From Ptychomitrium polyphyllum (lineage: Eukaryota), in the NCBI GenBank assembly GCA_973851085.1, contig OZ316776.1, positions 7,192,001 to 7,256,000 on the forward strand: a stretch of 64,000 bases of DNA, read 5' to 3'. Below are positions 39,261 through 52,940 of the stretch, in pieces. Position numbers and translations under genes: made by a program. Each line of letters begins with the position of its first letter. Within the stretch, counting starts at the first letter, position 1. The notes below the pieces were generated by a model. The model was not told the origin of the DNA. It searched no databases and saw only the letters and a program-made list of their open reading frames with translations.

Positions 39261-42200
39261 GATATTGTGTAGGAAATATAGTTGTAATTCTTCTTCTTAA
39301 AACAATGATTTATATCATATAATTAACTTATGTTATTATTTGAATTAAATTGGCTGAAATTACTATTAATGGAGTCTTGGGGTGAATACTTTAAGAATGA
39401 ATATAGATTCTATTATACAAATCCATTGTCCTATATTATAATTGATAGGCCATTTATCCATTTTCAAAATACTAATTTCTCCTTAAAGTTGTCATGCTCA
39501 AGTTATTCAAGCCTCCATATACAATGAGGCATAAACTTATATGTGATTCAAAGATTAGAATACTTATAAAACTTGCATCAATTGTCCTTTCTTTCACTTT
39601 CTTTTCAAAAGAAAAAATGAATAATTTACCATCTTACTATCATAATTTTGTTTTCTAAAGACTAAAGGAATTTTGGATGTCAATCACCAAATTATTAACA
39701 TGCCTTCATAAATATTTTTAAGAATTACAATTTCTAAATTTGCATTGACAAAAAATATTATTTTAAAAAGATATCCGGCTAACCTACCAAACAAGTACAA
39801 ATACAACAATTTTTAGATGATGCAAATAATTTTTTGGTATTGAAATTATGCAAGAGTTATTTCTTTTAAGTTGAAAAAACCATTATAGAACTATGGCGCT
39901 TTTCAAAGTCAGAAACCAATGGAAGTTAAAAACGTTTATAAAGTATTGTTGTTTATATCTATATCCATATTTATATCTATATAATTATTTAATTTTAAGT
40001 TTTACTTGAATCAATGTTGTGATTCATTTAAATACTGGTAAGATGGATTTTATTAGTAATTTTACTATCATAAATATTTTAATTTTGTAACTTTGTAATA
40101 ATCACTTCACATAGTACAATGAGGCCTAATTTTATTTTCCATATTTTTTCAACTTTTTAAATTGGCTACCAATATCTTTTATTGATCACTATCTTTTTGG
40201 TTGATCAATAATGCATTGCATTATTATTTTTGTGAGCTTCTATTGTATTATATAGTATTATTAAAAGAAGTCAAGCATGATATTATTACATAATGCTTTC
40301 TACGTAACAAAAAGTAAAATTGTCACTTCAAAATTAATCCATTGTGTATAAGACGCTAACAGTGTATAATATTGTGGTTTCTTTTATTTCATTTCTTTCA
40401 AAAAGTTGCCTTTGAAATTCAGCTTTTGGATTTTTAATCTGTAATTACTCAAATGTTTGATTTTTTAAACCTTAGATGAAGCTAAATTTAGTTTTCTTGG
40501 TATTTAAAGTTTTTTTTGAACTTAAATATGTATTGTGGCATATATTGATAAATAACAACATTGGTTTCAAAAAAATTCATACAAAAAATTTCATCAAATC
40601 ATTTGGTCTGAAACAAAGTAACTGTTGTGTCACCTAATGCAAACCATATGTTAATATTGGAATAAATTTAATTTGTGAGGTTAATAGAAGTGTTTTTAAT
40701 TTTGCTATAAAGCCTATGATAATGAAAGGTGCACATTGTATGTTTCACTTTACAAAAATAAACAAGGAATTAACATGAAATACAAAGAAATACACAAATA
40801 AGTACTTCATTCATATTAGTCCTTGAAATGGAACTAAAGCTATTATTTTGTATGAATGTATGATAAATAATCCTATTTCCTATATAAAGACAACAAATAA
40901 GCATTTTTTAACCTCTATTTAATTTTAAATGAACCGACCTTTAATATATTTGAACTATATCTTTATAGAAAATGATTTTAATTGTAATTTAATGTGAATT
41001 TCTAATTAAAACCAAGAAAATTAAAAATAATTAAATAAACAAATAAATTTAAAATATATATATATATACATATATATATTATTATTTTTAAATTTATTTA
41101 TTTATATTCAAATGTATATACATACACATACAGAAACTTATATCCATATTGTTATTTTTATTTTAGACACTACAAAAGGTATATAAATAAGTATCAGATG
41201 GGCCTAGCTATTTTCTGCAGTTGGGAGAAATTGTTACAAGAAAGATTCATCTGTCAGTATTGAACTTCAATATGGGCTCTTCTTAGCTCAATACTTTTGA
41301 TATTATAGGCCATGACCTTCATATTAGATAATCATTTCTCTTAACAATACAATCACCAGAAAAATCAAAAAGGAAACATTAAGAGGATTAAGTTCTTAAT
41401 GACCTAATAATTATGATCTTTGTAAAAAAAATTATTTGTAACTTGCCTCAAAATTTTGCAATTGAAATGAATACATGCCCTTGAAAGTTGATAACTTCCT
41501 CAAAGTTGCTAGAAACGGGTTTTTGTAAGTTTTAAAAACACTATCTTCATCCACTATTTGAAGTTTTCACATCAGAGTTATCATTCATAAAAATTTGTAA
41601 AGGCCACGGCTTGTATTTTACATGGTTTGAAGTAAACTATGTAATACAAATGCTCTCTTCTAATAAAAATTTCTAATCAAAATTTCAATTTATTTAGACT
41701 TCAACCAAGTAAACTTAACTGTAACTTAATTGTACGGTTCGAAGATACAATGATGTGCCATATAATTACAATAACAACACAATTGGAAAATAGTTTTTTG
41801 TTGAGTACAAATAATATCTGGTCACAAATATTAATGATATACTTGAATCACACTAGAGATGGATTTCAAACCATGGCTATCAACATTAAATGCTTTCAAC
41901 ATATGATGCATTAAATTACAAATGTATCAATTAACTTTCCGAGATTTAGAAGGCCTCTATTACATGCCTATATAATATTGCATATATTCACCCTTATAAT
42001 TTGTAGTCTCAAATCCACTATTGTAAATTGGATACATGTTATATGAAAACCTTGTTTAAAAATAAGTGTGTTTAATAGCTAAAATTAATCTATTAGAAAC
42101 AAATTCTTGCATGCTTTGCACAATGAGTGGATGATAAGTTATGACCATGTCAAGAATTTGAGTAGCCAACAATTTACAAGAATGTTGTTTATGGTTCTTT

Positions 42201-43761
42201 TAAGTTGAGTAATTATGAAATGATTGAGCTATTTGATGCAAAAACATTTAACAAGTCATTGAGAAAGATAACCATTGCTTTATTAATGTATTCTAATAAT
42301 ATGAATAAGAATGATTCCTTATGTATAGTCTAAAACTTAGATTCCAAAAGTTCAAGGATTTAAAGATAATTACTTGCAATATCTGCAATGTAACTTAGAA
42401 ATTTTTAGATCTTCATTAGACATGGCAGGACATGAGGTTTCTTGATATGGCGTGGCAAACCAAACTAATGAAACACTTATACAAGGCCAAATCTAAAAGT
42501 AGAGCTGAAAAGGCCTCTCAATTTTATACCATTTGGCACTATCCTCACTCCTAAGTTGAAAATGTCACCAATTTTTGGCTCTCCCTTCCTTGTTTAGGAT
42601 CCAAATTGAGCCCCCCCATCCTCTCTTTTTCCCCTTCAGACATTTCGGTAAATGGTTGTGCATCTTTCAAGGGGAAAAAATAATGTAATGTTGAAGCCAG
42701 ATACTTTTGCTTGACTCAGTCAACAAAGGAAATGCTTCTGTGCATTTATTGGCATAATTTAAGAACCATAAGAATGATAATATCAGCTTCAAAATGAATA
42801 TACAAAGGTAGTGGTGTGACTGTGCCTGTGATACTTAGCTGGCCATAACAAGGACTTGACTCAGCACACAAGAGTGGCTTTGTTTGTAGGAGCCACTTGT
42901 GGAAGTAATGGGTGCTGACACTCTCCTTAAAATTGATTGTATGTCAATGTAAGTTAGCAAGGGACTATTCCAGTGTGGGCACCTTACTGATTCTCGGAGA
43001 TGCTGGATTTGTAATGAAGTCTTTCCTAGGAAGTTTGATCATGACTACTATGTCATAGCCAGTGAAGTCTTTAGGAGTTAAAATTAAAAATTATAGCTGG
43101 CTCGAAAGATCCTGTGTCTGATCAGGGATCACAGCATTGATGTATGTACAAGGTGGGGAATGTTGTACTTCACTAGTGCTAAGTTCTGCATCCTTCAAAA
43201 AGCCTAACTTATGTAACAATTGTAGCACCAAATAGCTTGAGGATGTTGACATTGAGCTATGTACCACATGATTGTCTACTTGTAGAAGCCCACTGATTCT
43301 TTGTTCAGTCTTCTATGTCGGTGAGATAGTCTTCAAGTTTAAGTTTAAAGTTAAATTAGGTAGTGTACCCTCACCCATCCTCCATCCCATTTGTAATTTA
43401 GTATTATCTAGTCTTTGAACATGTTGTTGTAGTAAAAGAGCCTTACCTTGAGAAAGCACTTGACCTTTGGGTGTTGTTAATTTTTCAACAAAAAAACAAG
43501 ATGGTGAATTATAGATATTATATTAATAATCCTTGATAAATTAAGGAATTACAATAAAATATCATTCTTCATATGAAACCATACCTTTATTCCAACTCTC
43601 AATCCTATGTTGAAAACACTTGTTCACATTAATTTCTCCTTTCTTTCAACTTAATTTAATCACCTACATAAACTTACACTTGCTAATATAAACTTAAAGT
43701 CAAAACAAAAACTAGAAAAGACATCCTTTATCTACAAAATTGTTCTTTTTTATAACCTTTG

Positions 43762-44406
43762 TGTTAGGGACATAAGAAACAAGAAGCAGAAACAAAGTGT
43801 TTTCCAAGAATTAGCTTCCAAAGAGCTAATGATTAACAAGAATTTGATACAAAGATTAGAACAAGGCACGATTCAAGATGATTCACAACTTATGTTGGCA
43901 AGATTAAGGAATACCTTGTCTTGCCTCCTATTTATACAATGACGTTTGTATCTCTTAGGATACTTCTAAAGAAGCTTTTTACAAGGCTTAAGAATGTTTT
44001 GGAAGACTAGGGAACCTTCTTAGGAAGTTTCCTAAAATGTTGGAACCTTCCTAAGAAGCTTCCAAGGAGTTGAAACCTTCCTTGGAAGTTTCCTAAGGTA
44101 GCGGAACCTTCTTAGGAAGTTTTCTAAAGAGGTAGAACCTTCCTAGGAAGTTTCCTAAAATGATGAAATTTTTTTAGGAAGTTTCCTAAGGTGATGGAAT
44201 CTTCGTAGGAAGTTTCTTAGGAAATTACCTAAGATGATAGAATCTTCCTAGGAAGTTTCCTAAGGGGGAAGAACTTTCCTAGGAAGCTTCCTAAGAATAT
44301 GGAAAGGCTATGGAGACATCTAAAAGTATTCTAAGAAGCTATTATAGTATACTAGAAGGTTCTAGAATGTTTTAAGGATAATGTTGCATGATCTATGTCC
44401 GTGACA
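43762..44406 (-). mobile_element. Solo LTR (Gypsy-type) with an expanded internal ggaaccttcctaggaagtttcctaa array
   Basis: TGTTAGGG...CCGTGACA termini; flanks CTTTG/CCTTG (4/5 TSD); same family as 22030-22507. Confidence 0.85.
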
Positions 44407-47400
44407 CCTTGCTTTGTAAGGTCCACCCTCTTCTTTAAAATGCCAAAAGCCTAAACAAGAAAAACCTTGGCCATTTCCATTATAGTTTTAGCAACCTACA
44501 TATTTTATTTGCCTTTAGATTAAATTTTCAAGTACTATATTTTTTATAGTACAACAATGCCTTAGCTTTTTTCCTAAGCTTTTTCTTTATTTTTTGTTAT
44601 ACTTGCCACGTGTAGGCTACTAAAATAGAATGGTGTGTAAAAGAGCTAATTCTTTGATATACTTTGGCCAAATTTCTTTATACAATTCCACCAAGAAGGA
44701 GGAAAATTCTACATTCTATTATTCTTTACAAGGCTTTTTACACTCAATATAATACTTTGTCAACTACTAAATTTTGCACACAATATCATTGATACATAAA
44801 GTTTTTTTGTGATAACTATGGTACACTAAAAATGAAAAAAATTAATATAATACTAATTTATCAACTTTGATGCCCAATATAGAAACTTCATATTACTTAT
44901 ATAAAAACATCCATGATCCAAATTTTTGATAGAAGGTAGAAGTTGCAATAAGTCATTAATAAAGCGTCATTTTGTAATTTTTAATTAGTGTGCAATTGAA
45001 AGTTTTAAAAAAAAAAAGCCAAGTTTTAAATTGATTATCTAACAAATTAATTGGCTTAATCTTGTTGGAGAATGCAAGTAGAAAAATTAAATGATAAAAG
45101 CACGCAATACACAAATATGTGACAAAATTGAGCCAAAAAACTTATTATAAGATATTGAAGATTTAAATTATGTACATAAAAAATATTCTAAAATATATGT
45201 AATTCAAAGGAATTATCTTAAATTTAATACAATTTTCATATTATATTTGTAACATTATCTCTTATTTATCTTATACATATATAGCTAGATTATTTGTATT
45301 GTATACAATTCATTTTAATAATACAAATCATTTCTAATAATAAAATTTAATATTCTATTTCATGAATCTAACTTTGTCAAAGTCGTGAAAAGTCATGTTT
45401 TATACCATAATATATCTAAAATCTTCAACATATATCCAATCTTCTCATTTGTATATATTATGGATTTATTTAGCTCAATTTAGTTGAAAAACCTAATATT
45501 CATTCATATATACATACATACACATCAATGTATCTTGTATACCAAATGGATGTCTTTTATAATTTAAATGCTATTTTAAATTACTATTATACTATCAAAT
45601 TTTAATGGTCAAATGTTTTTAGAAGTAATTTTGCTGTAAAAGACCAATAAAATTCATGAGTTATTTCATATTATTCAAAAGCAAAAATTACAAGTCAAAT
45701 TATACTTTGTATGTGTTTTTTAATAGATATTTAGAATATGCTTCAAAATCCACATATAAAAGATTCTTTAAAAAAAAGAATTAAAAAAAATAAATCAATG
45801 AAAAAAAGAATTTTAACAAGACATTGATGACAATTAAATATCTTAAAGAATATGACACTATTTATATTAAATTAAATCATGCAAGATATTTATTAAATTT
45901 CTTCTATTGTAATTAGTTTTCAATTAGAATTGCCATTTTTAATGTACAAAACATAATAACAAAAATTATGCCTATTTTATATTTTATATTTACTACTAAT
46001 ATTCTTATGGATATAAGATATTTGAGCAAACTAGGTCTCAATAATAGTTTGCTATATTGATCAAGGAAATTTTATTGACCGACATTCACATTTTTTAGGA
46101 TGATTTGCTTGCATATTTAAAGATTAGTTTTATTACAATTTATATTGTATTCTTTTACATTTTGATTGGAGTTTGCAAGTTTGCTTGCAATTTACAAAGA
46201 CTACATATTTTGATCCTTTAGAATTTAAATTAATTACAAATACAATTATAGACAAATAAAAAGAAAAATCCATTGCAAAGGAATTGTAAATCATTAATCC
46301 AAGTTTTAATTGTGGATATAGGGTTATAATGTATTTTAAAAAATAAAATTCATTTACAATAATCTTTGTAGAATTGCAGTTTATCTTTTTTTGCCAAGTT
46401 CTAAATAAAAGCCTTTACTTATTTTTTTCAACAATAGCTTTATAATTGTAATGATAAAAATACAATCAAGCAAATTTAAATGTAACTAAAGTCTTACTTC
46501 AAAACTTTGCAAATATTGTGCACCATAATAATCACAAAAATAATTTTTACAACATAATTTATATATCATACAAAAAATCTAAAAAATTGAATACAATCTT
46601 AATTGATATAAAAGCAATGAATTTGTACTTATTTTACCACACAATAATTTTAGGTCCATAATAGTAGTTACACAAAAATATAGTCCAAATTCAAATAAGG
46701 TACTTAAAACTTATTCATAGATATAAAAGAATTTAAAAAATGAATATATCTTATATAATTGACAAAATAAGTAACTAGGATTTTAACTTCAACAATTCAT
46801 TTCAGCATGTTATATAGTATCATAGATTAAAAATAATCCAAATCATTTTAAATGCAATGTGCAACATGTCAAAAATACAAATCACATTTAAAATTTTTTT
46901 GGTATGAAAATATTCATGAATAAGAAATCTTAATGAATAAAGATTGCCAACATAAAGAATAATATACTTTAGTGTTTGGAGCTTAATTTTGAACATACTC
47001 TATCTAGTAATTGCATCAACGTTAGTTTAAAACTATTCTTGCAAAAAATGAAGTAATGAATTTAAGCAAATACAAATAAAAAAAAATCACTTACAAATAA
47101 TATGTCATTTTTGTCATTTTAATAATTTATTTGTAATCATATTTAGAATTTAAAAACTATGGTTTTGAATTTTAAAACTAGATGCCAATGTTGATATTAA
47201 TAAATATAATTATATGGATAAATGCTAAAATTAAAATATACTATTATATAATAAGTTTGCTCAAAAACAATGTAGAAAAATTAGAATTTGAAAACTATGT
47301 AAATGTAATAGAATAATAAGAGAATTATTCAAAAGACACCTTGGTTGTTTAAATCATTTAAAGACCATTTTGAGGTAGTTTTAGCATAAAAAAAATAAAA

Positions 47401-48027
47401 ATCAAGTAATAAGGTTTAAAGAATAATCCTTATTTAAAAATAAAAATAAAAATATATCAAAGACAACAACCTTGTTCTATACATAATTTGATGTATTTCG
47501 TTTTTATAACCTTTAGGAATTAAGGGAGTATTGAAATAAGATAATTTTGAAAAGTTAAAACATAACATCATATAATATACTAAGAATGTTCTAAAATTGT
47601 ATCTGGAAATTTTAACCATTAAAGGCTTAATCTGTAAGTCGTGGGAATCCTAACTTTTGGCTAAAATCTCACATGATTTGAAATAGATTGAAATTACAAA
47701 ACAAATCCGCAAGAATTCCTGCAATCCGTGCATCCTCTCTGATCTCTACCTTGATTAATCATCACATTTTACATGTCCTGTCGTGTTCTGCCCTGCCATT
47801 GCTCAAGTTACCATGTTTCAAGATGTAACATTCTACCAGTGAGGGACTGAATAGAAACGCACAGGCTCTCATAAATTGAATAAGCCATCACAGCATATCC
47901 TCTAGCAACACCTGATTTGAGATTTAATGAAGTCAGATAGTTTTCTACATGAAAACCGAAAAGATATGAGATATCCCAAAATCCACGAATAATCTATTAG
48001 TATCGAATACATGGGTTTCCAGAAGTA

Positions 48028-50277
48028 TTAAGGTTCGTGATTGTTGCCTTGAGGAATTCGATCCTTTAGTGGACCAAACGAGCGACGGTGAATGTCACAT
48101 GGCCCATGCTTCAGAAGTGCCCTAATATGGGCTGCTGTTCCATAGCCCTTGTGAGCCTTGAACCCATACTCTGGCCACCTCCTGTCCCCACAAGATATTT
48201 TCCACTATTAGCCATGATATGCCCATGGTTTCTATATTACAAGAAAAACTTGAAGTACAAACTATAATGACGCAAAGTAATCAACAGTATGCCAAGCAAT
48301 AGAATGGTTAGAGAGGTTTTATTTGCGTACTTACTTATCATAAACCAGCATCATGCGATCACGCGTGACCTTTGCCAATATAGAGGCTGCTGCAATCACA
48401 TGACACTCTGCGTCTCCCTGGGAATATCAGAGAGATCAAGATAGTATGTCAAACAATATGACAAGTGCCACTGATGAACTTCAGTTGAGCGGTGAAAAAC
48501 ATGTCAAGGTAAGATTGAGTTTGGACCTCGATAATAATGATGTAACAAAACGACTGTGTACCTTTATAACAAACTGTGCTTCCTCTGTCGAAAAATCGTC
48601 TGGGAGTCTATTGCCATCAACAAGGACGTAATCTGGAGCATTTCCATCGTTTTCAGCCTTGAGCTTCTTCACACACGCAGACATTGCCAGCATAGTTGCC
48701 TGGAACAGTACATGCTAAAGTAAACGTCAAATTTCCTATGCAATCATAACCGGCAAATGCATGCACAACCGATAAATAACTTCACGTTCTAAAAGAATGC
48801 TTATCTGAAGTTCTCGGATGGAAAAGACATCGTGTAAAATAACAAACGGGGTTCCGAAAATGCTTCCATTACTCGTTTCCTGTCGAGGAGTACTGGAATT
48901 GCTTCTTCATTCAAATTCTAAAACTCACAATGCTTATAATTCGGCAAAGCCAAAGAATACGATTAGTTTATGAAACTGTAAGCAGGCTACGTTCGATCAA
49001 CGAAACTGCACATACAAAATGTAAGAATCTTCACAGAAGAGCAAAGAACCTGTAGGATATTGATCTCATCAACCTTTGCTGCATCTACCACATGTATCTG
49101 CACAAAGTTCACCAGTTCACAGTATCCCATTCAGTAAAGTTCACGCAACAGACGTTTGTCCTACCCACAGTACACATTGACATTGTTCGCAATCAGTAAT
49201 GATCCATCGCCAATTGATATACAAATTTCATTACTAACAAGAGCAAGTTGCTCTAGAATATATTCCATTCTTTCATTAATACGAACCAAAATATTCTTAA
49301 ATCCAGCCCTGACTAAAGCTACCTGCATATCGTTGCTACAAACTAGTGCTTGAGAGTTTGCACTATCTATAGATCCGTAATATCTATACATCCACAGTTA
49401 CAAAATTTAAAAAAAAAATCAGTGTACCAAAACAGGTTTAGTCACATCATCACAGTTTTTAGAAGACAAAGGACACATACAGCATACGCAATTCCAGGCG
49501 TGGCTACGATTTGAGCATATAGCTCTTCTCTCTGCGTCTCAGTAAGCTTCTTGCTGTCATCCACACCTGCACGTTCCAAGCCACACTCGTTACACTCTAC
49601 CCTTAATCAGAAGAATTCACAGCACAATAATCAGAATTGGATGTGGTAAGAACAATATCGATCTTGCCTGGAATTGTGACTAAAGGAGGGATGATACATG
49701 CTGCGGCTACAACAGGGCCAGCTAATGGACCTCGCCCTGCCTCATCTACACCAGCAACATTTCGAAATCCTAGGTCCCAAAACTTCGTCTGTAATAGCCA
49801 CAAAACGCTTCTCATTTAGGGCTTCATTAATTAAATTGATTGCATGACATTCCCTAAACCCTAAACCCTAAACTCAACCTCAGCGGCAGCTTCAGAACTG
49901 CGAAACACTTGAGAAAATGAGATTAGCGGCGACCGAACCTCCAAATCTCTGCTGGGAAATATTCTCAATGACTTCGTTCTTCGCAATGTTCTGAGCTGTT
50001 TCAATTGAGCCTCATCAGTCCCAGAACCAGATTTGGCGTTCACGACAGTCGCAGCTATTTCCTTGTAACCTTCATTCTCGCCCTTCACAGCATACTCCCT
50101 ATCCCTCTTGACCAGAGACTTGGTTCGGGAAACCCTTGTGCTGCGATTGGACAAAGATATCACTCCTGTAATTTTCTGAGGGATGGGCTTCTCAAGGTTG
50201 GGACGCTCTGAATTCTCATTCGCGACTGCAGGGATCAACCTGGCTGATCGTCGTATGGCACCAATTCCCGCAATCAT
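48028..50277 (-). CDS. rnhB: Bacterial-type ribonuclease HII with ~110-aa N-terminal extension, 7 exons (50277-49939, 49788-49668, 49566-49481, 49097-49050, 48699-48562, 48417-48335, 48181-48028), 322 aa
   Basis: Motifs [39 protein letters not shown]...[23 protein letters not shown]...GP...HRRSF; all intron phases consistent, one GC-AG intron. Confidence 0.93.
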
Positions 50278-51782
50278 TTTGAGCGTCCAACGCTTGCCAA
50301 CCTAAGAAAACTCCATCGCAGGAACAAGATCTTCTCATTCCCACTACACTGAGAAATCATCAATACACAACCCCTGGTGCTCGAACCAGAAATGCACTAA
50401 ACAAACAAGAATAGGCCTGAAACCTTACAGGAGAATACCGAGAAGGCAGAGCTCTTGAACCCAGAAGTAGACTCCGTCCGCCTGCTCGCGCAAACATTCT
50501 CACAATGTCAGAACCCAAGAACAGGACCAGCGCCTACCGTGCCATCAGCGCGCCCATATCTTCCAGCGCGCAACATGAGGAAGTAAGCTAGGTCCTCGTG
50601 GGTTCATATCCGATGTAGTCGACTTTCTACGTTTCTACTCCCTTTATATAGGTATCACGGTCTTCTCGCTGCACGGATCACCAATTCTTGCTTACAGATA
50701 GTCAATAACTCCTCTCACGTCAGTTAAGTACACAACGTCTTGTTGAAAACCTCACACAACAACTGAAAACCACTGTCAACACAGCAGTTGAAAGTGTAGT
50801 CTTATTGACAACCTCGGAAAGTGGCACCATCATCGGACTCGTCACTACTGGATTTATCCCATATGCAAGCATTTCACCGGCCTATAAAACTAAGCATCTT
50901 GAACAATGTCCGTCACTAAGCTGGATACTTAGCAAAGAGTCTCTTCCGCATGTTGGAAACTTTTTGGAAATGTAGCAGGTCTTTGCGGCTCAACCAGCAG
51001 AGCGGATTCTCGCGCCTCCGAGACGACCTGCTTACATCTCCAAAATATACATGTGGTTGATAAGTGGGTGAATCCTTGCGTTGGGCATGTACAAATACTG
51101 ATATATCCCAGCCTTTTGGAGGTTCTTACGGCGACCATCAATCATACACGAGATCGGATAACCATGATAGTTCGCAGATGAAACGATCGAAATTGATAAA
51201 GATCAAAATCAGTGGACGATTGAGACTATAGGTTATGTTGATGATGGCAGTACTGGAGATGGGAGCAGCAAGTGGAGCCTTGACTTCAGGGGTTACTCTG
51301 ACATTTATCAGAAGGTATCCTAGCCCCACCAAGAGATCTGGTGCACTTGGTCTCTATCAAGACTTGCCGCAATGTGGTTACACTATCCTAGGTCAGATTT
51401 CTCCCATCGTGCGGATATAGAACTCTCTAGCAGTTAGAAGCAAACCATGCCTCTCAATCAAATCAGATGCATCATTCATCCCATCATGAAAGTTTGTAAT
51501 CTGAACACGAATTTCACACCGAACTCACTAAAAGTTCGGTGCTGAATCCTTAGTCCACTAGCTCAGCGCTAATCTATATAGTTTCATAACTACCCAGCCC
51601 AAGCTCTCACCGTACATGTGGGGTCTGTAACAGATGTGGATACTTAAATCCTAACCCCGGAATCCTCACACCTTCAAAGTTGAGAGCTTGGTTGATTGAT
51701 TGCTGTCTGCACTCCATCTGCAAGGCATAATTGTTGTCAAGCGGGCTTGTGAAGATGGAAGATGTGGCAGGCGATCGACTCG

Positions 51783-52940
51783 CTAGTAGAATGTGCTGGG
51801 GAGGGTGTAATAAGGAGCGCTTACGAACATGGGCACCCACTCCAGCTCCTTAGGCCTCTCCGGCTTCTTCATCTCCTCTCTCTTCAGGCCTTCCTCTTTC
51901 GCTTCCGCTTTCACCTCGTCGTCTTTCTTCTCCTCGCTTTTGACCTCGTCTTGCTTCTCTTTCGTTTCCACCACTGTCACCACTTCGTCCTTCTTCTCGT
52001 GTACCTTCACCTCCTGGACAGAACGCCAACCGTCGTCAGACTACAATAGTATTCAAGGAGAATGAGCAGAGAGGTGTCTGATTCTAAAGTTTCTTAGTCT
52101 CTTCTCGTTTCAGACAAATGCCAGGCGCTGTAATTTTCCATTCATAAGGTTGTGGGTGATGTACCCGAGGTTTCAGAAACTTCCATAGCTTAACGGCAGG
52201 CCAATACATCGACTATTTACGCACCAAGACTGTTGCCTTCAGACTTCAATCAACAAGATCACCACTTGCACTTGGTTAATTGAATTGTGAGGAGATTTTC
52301 CTGGATGTACGTTTCTGGCCTGGTCACTCTCACTGAGTGAATCACAATCGAGAAACAAATAGCTTCTGGTTGAAATCAAAGAATCAATGCAAAGGAGTAC
52401 CTCTTTTGTGTCCACAACTTTGGTTTCCTCCTTGGTCTCCTCAGGTTTTTCCTCTTTCTTTTCATCTACTTTGACCTCCGTCTTTTCTTCTGCCTTTGTC
52501 TCCTGTTTCTCTTTTGTTTTTTCCTCCTCTTCCTTTCTCTCCTCTTTCTTCTCCTCGGGTTCTTCTTTCGGGGGCGCAGTCTTGGGTATCAGGGTGACAC
52601 GCTTGCCTGTTTTATGAATGCGTCGCCAAACATCCTCCCGGTCCACATTCCCTATTACTGTCACTTTCTGTCCGTAATAGTCTATCTTGTAAGATTCCAC
52701 ACCTGCAAAATGGTTTTATCTCGTATAAGGTGGTATGCGTTAAAAATATAATCGGAGATGGCTTTATGTTTCTTTGATATATGATGGATGCTGTATATGT
52801 AGCGTTAAGATGACCCTCTTTTATGTCAATTTGTATCAATGCCCTGCAAACAAGGATCGATTACCAGGAATTTTTTTGACAGCTCTCTTTACGGAAGCAG
52901 CACAGGCTTCACAGTGCATTACCACATCGAGGTCCACCAC
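51783..52940 (-). CDS. Heavy-metal-associated (HMA) domain protein with long Glu/Lys-rich tail; exons 52940-52865, 52702-52401, 52013-51783; start exon upstream not resolved
   Basis: VVDLDVVMHCEACAASVKRAVKKIP|GVESYKIDYYGQKVTVIGNVD (CxxC HMA fold); GT-AG junctions in phase; ends ...LPSTFY* with no CaaX. Confidence 0.85.

Noticed and set aside
42420..43460. Moderately GC-rich island in the AT-rich desert
   Set aside because: No ORF of 60 aa or more, and no motif or termini recognised; probably an old TE or gene remnant that cannot be supported
27886..52940. Metal-homeostasis gene cluster (MT-like plus HMA protein)
   Set aside because: About 23 kb apart, separated by TE debris and an unrelated gene; no evidence of co-regulation
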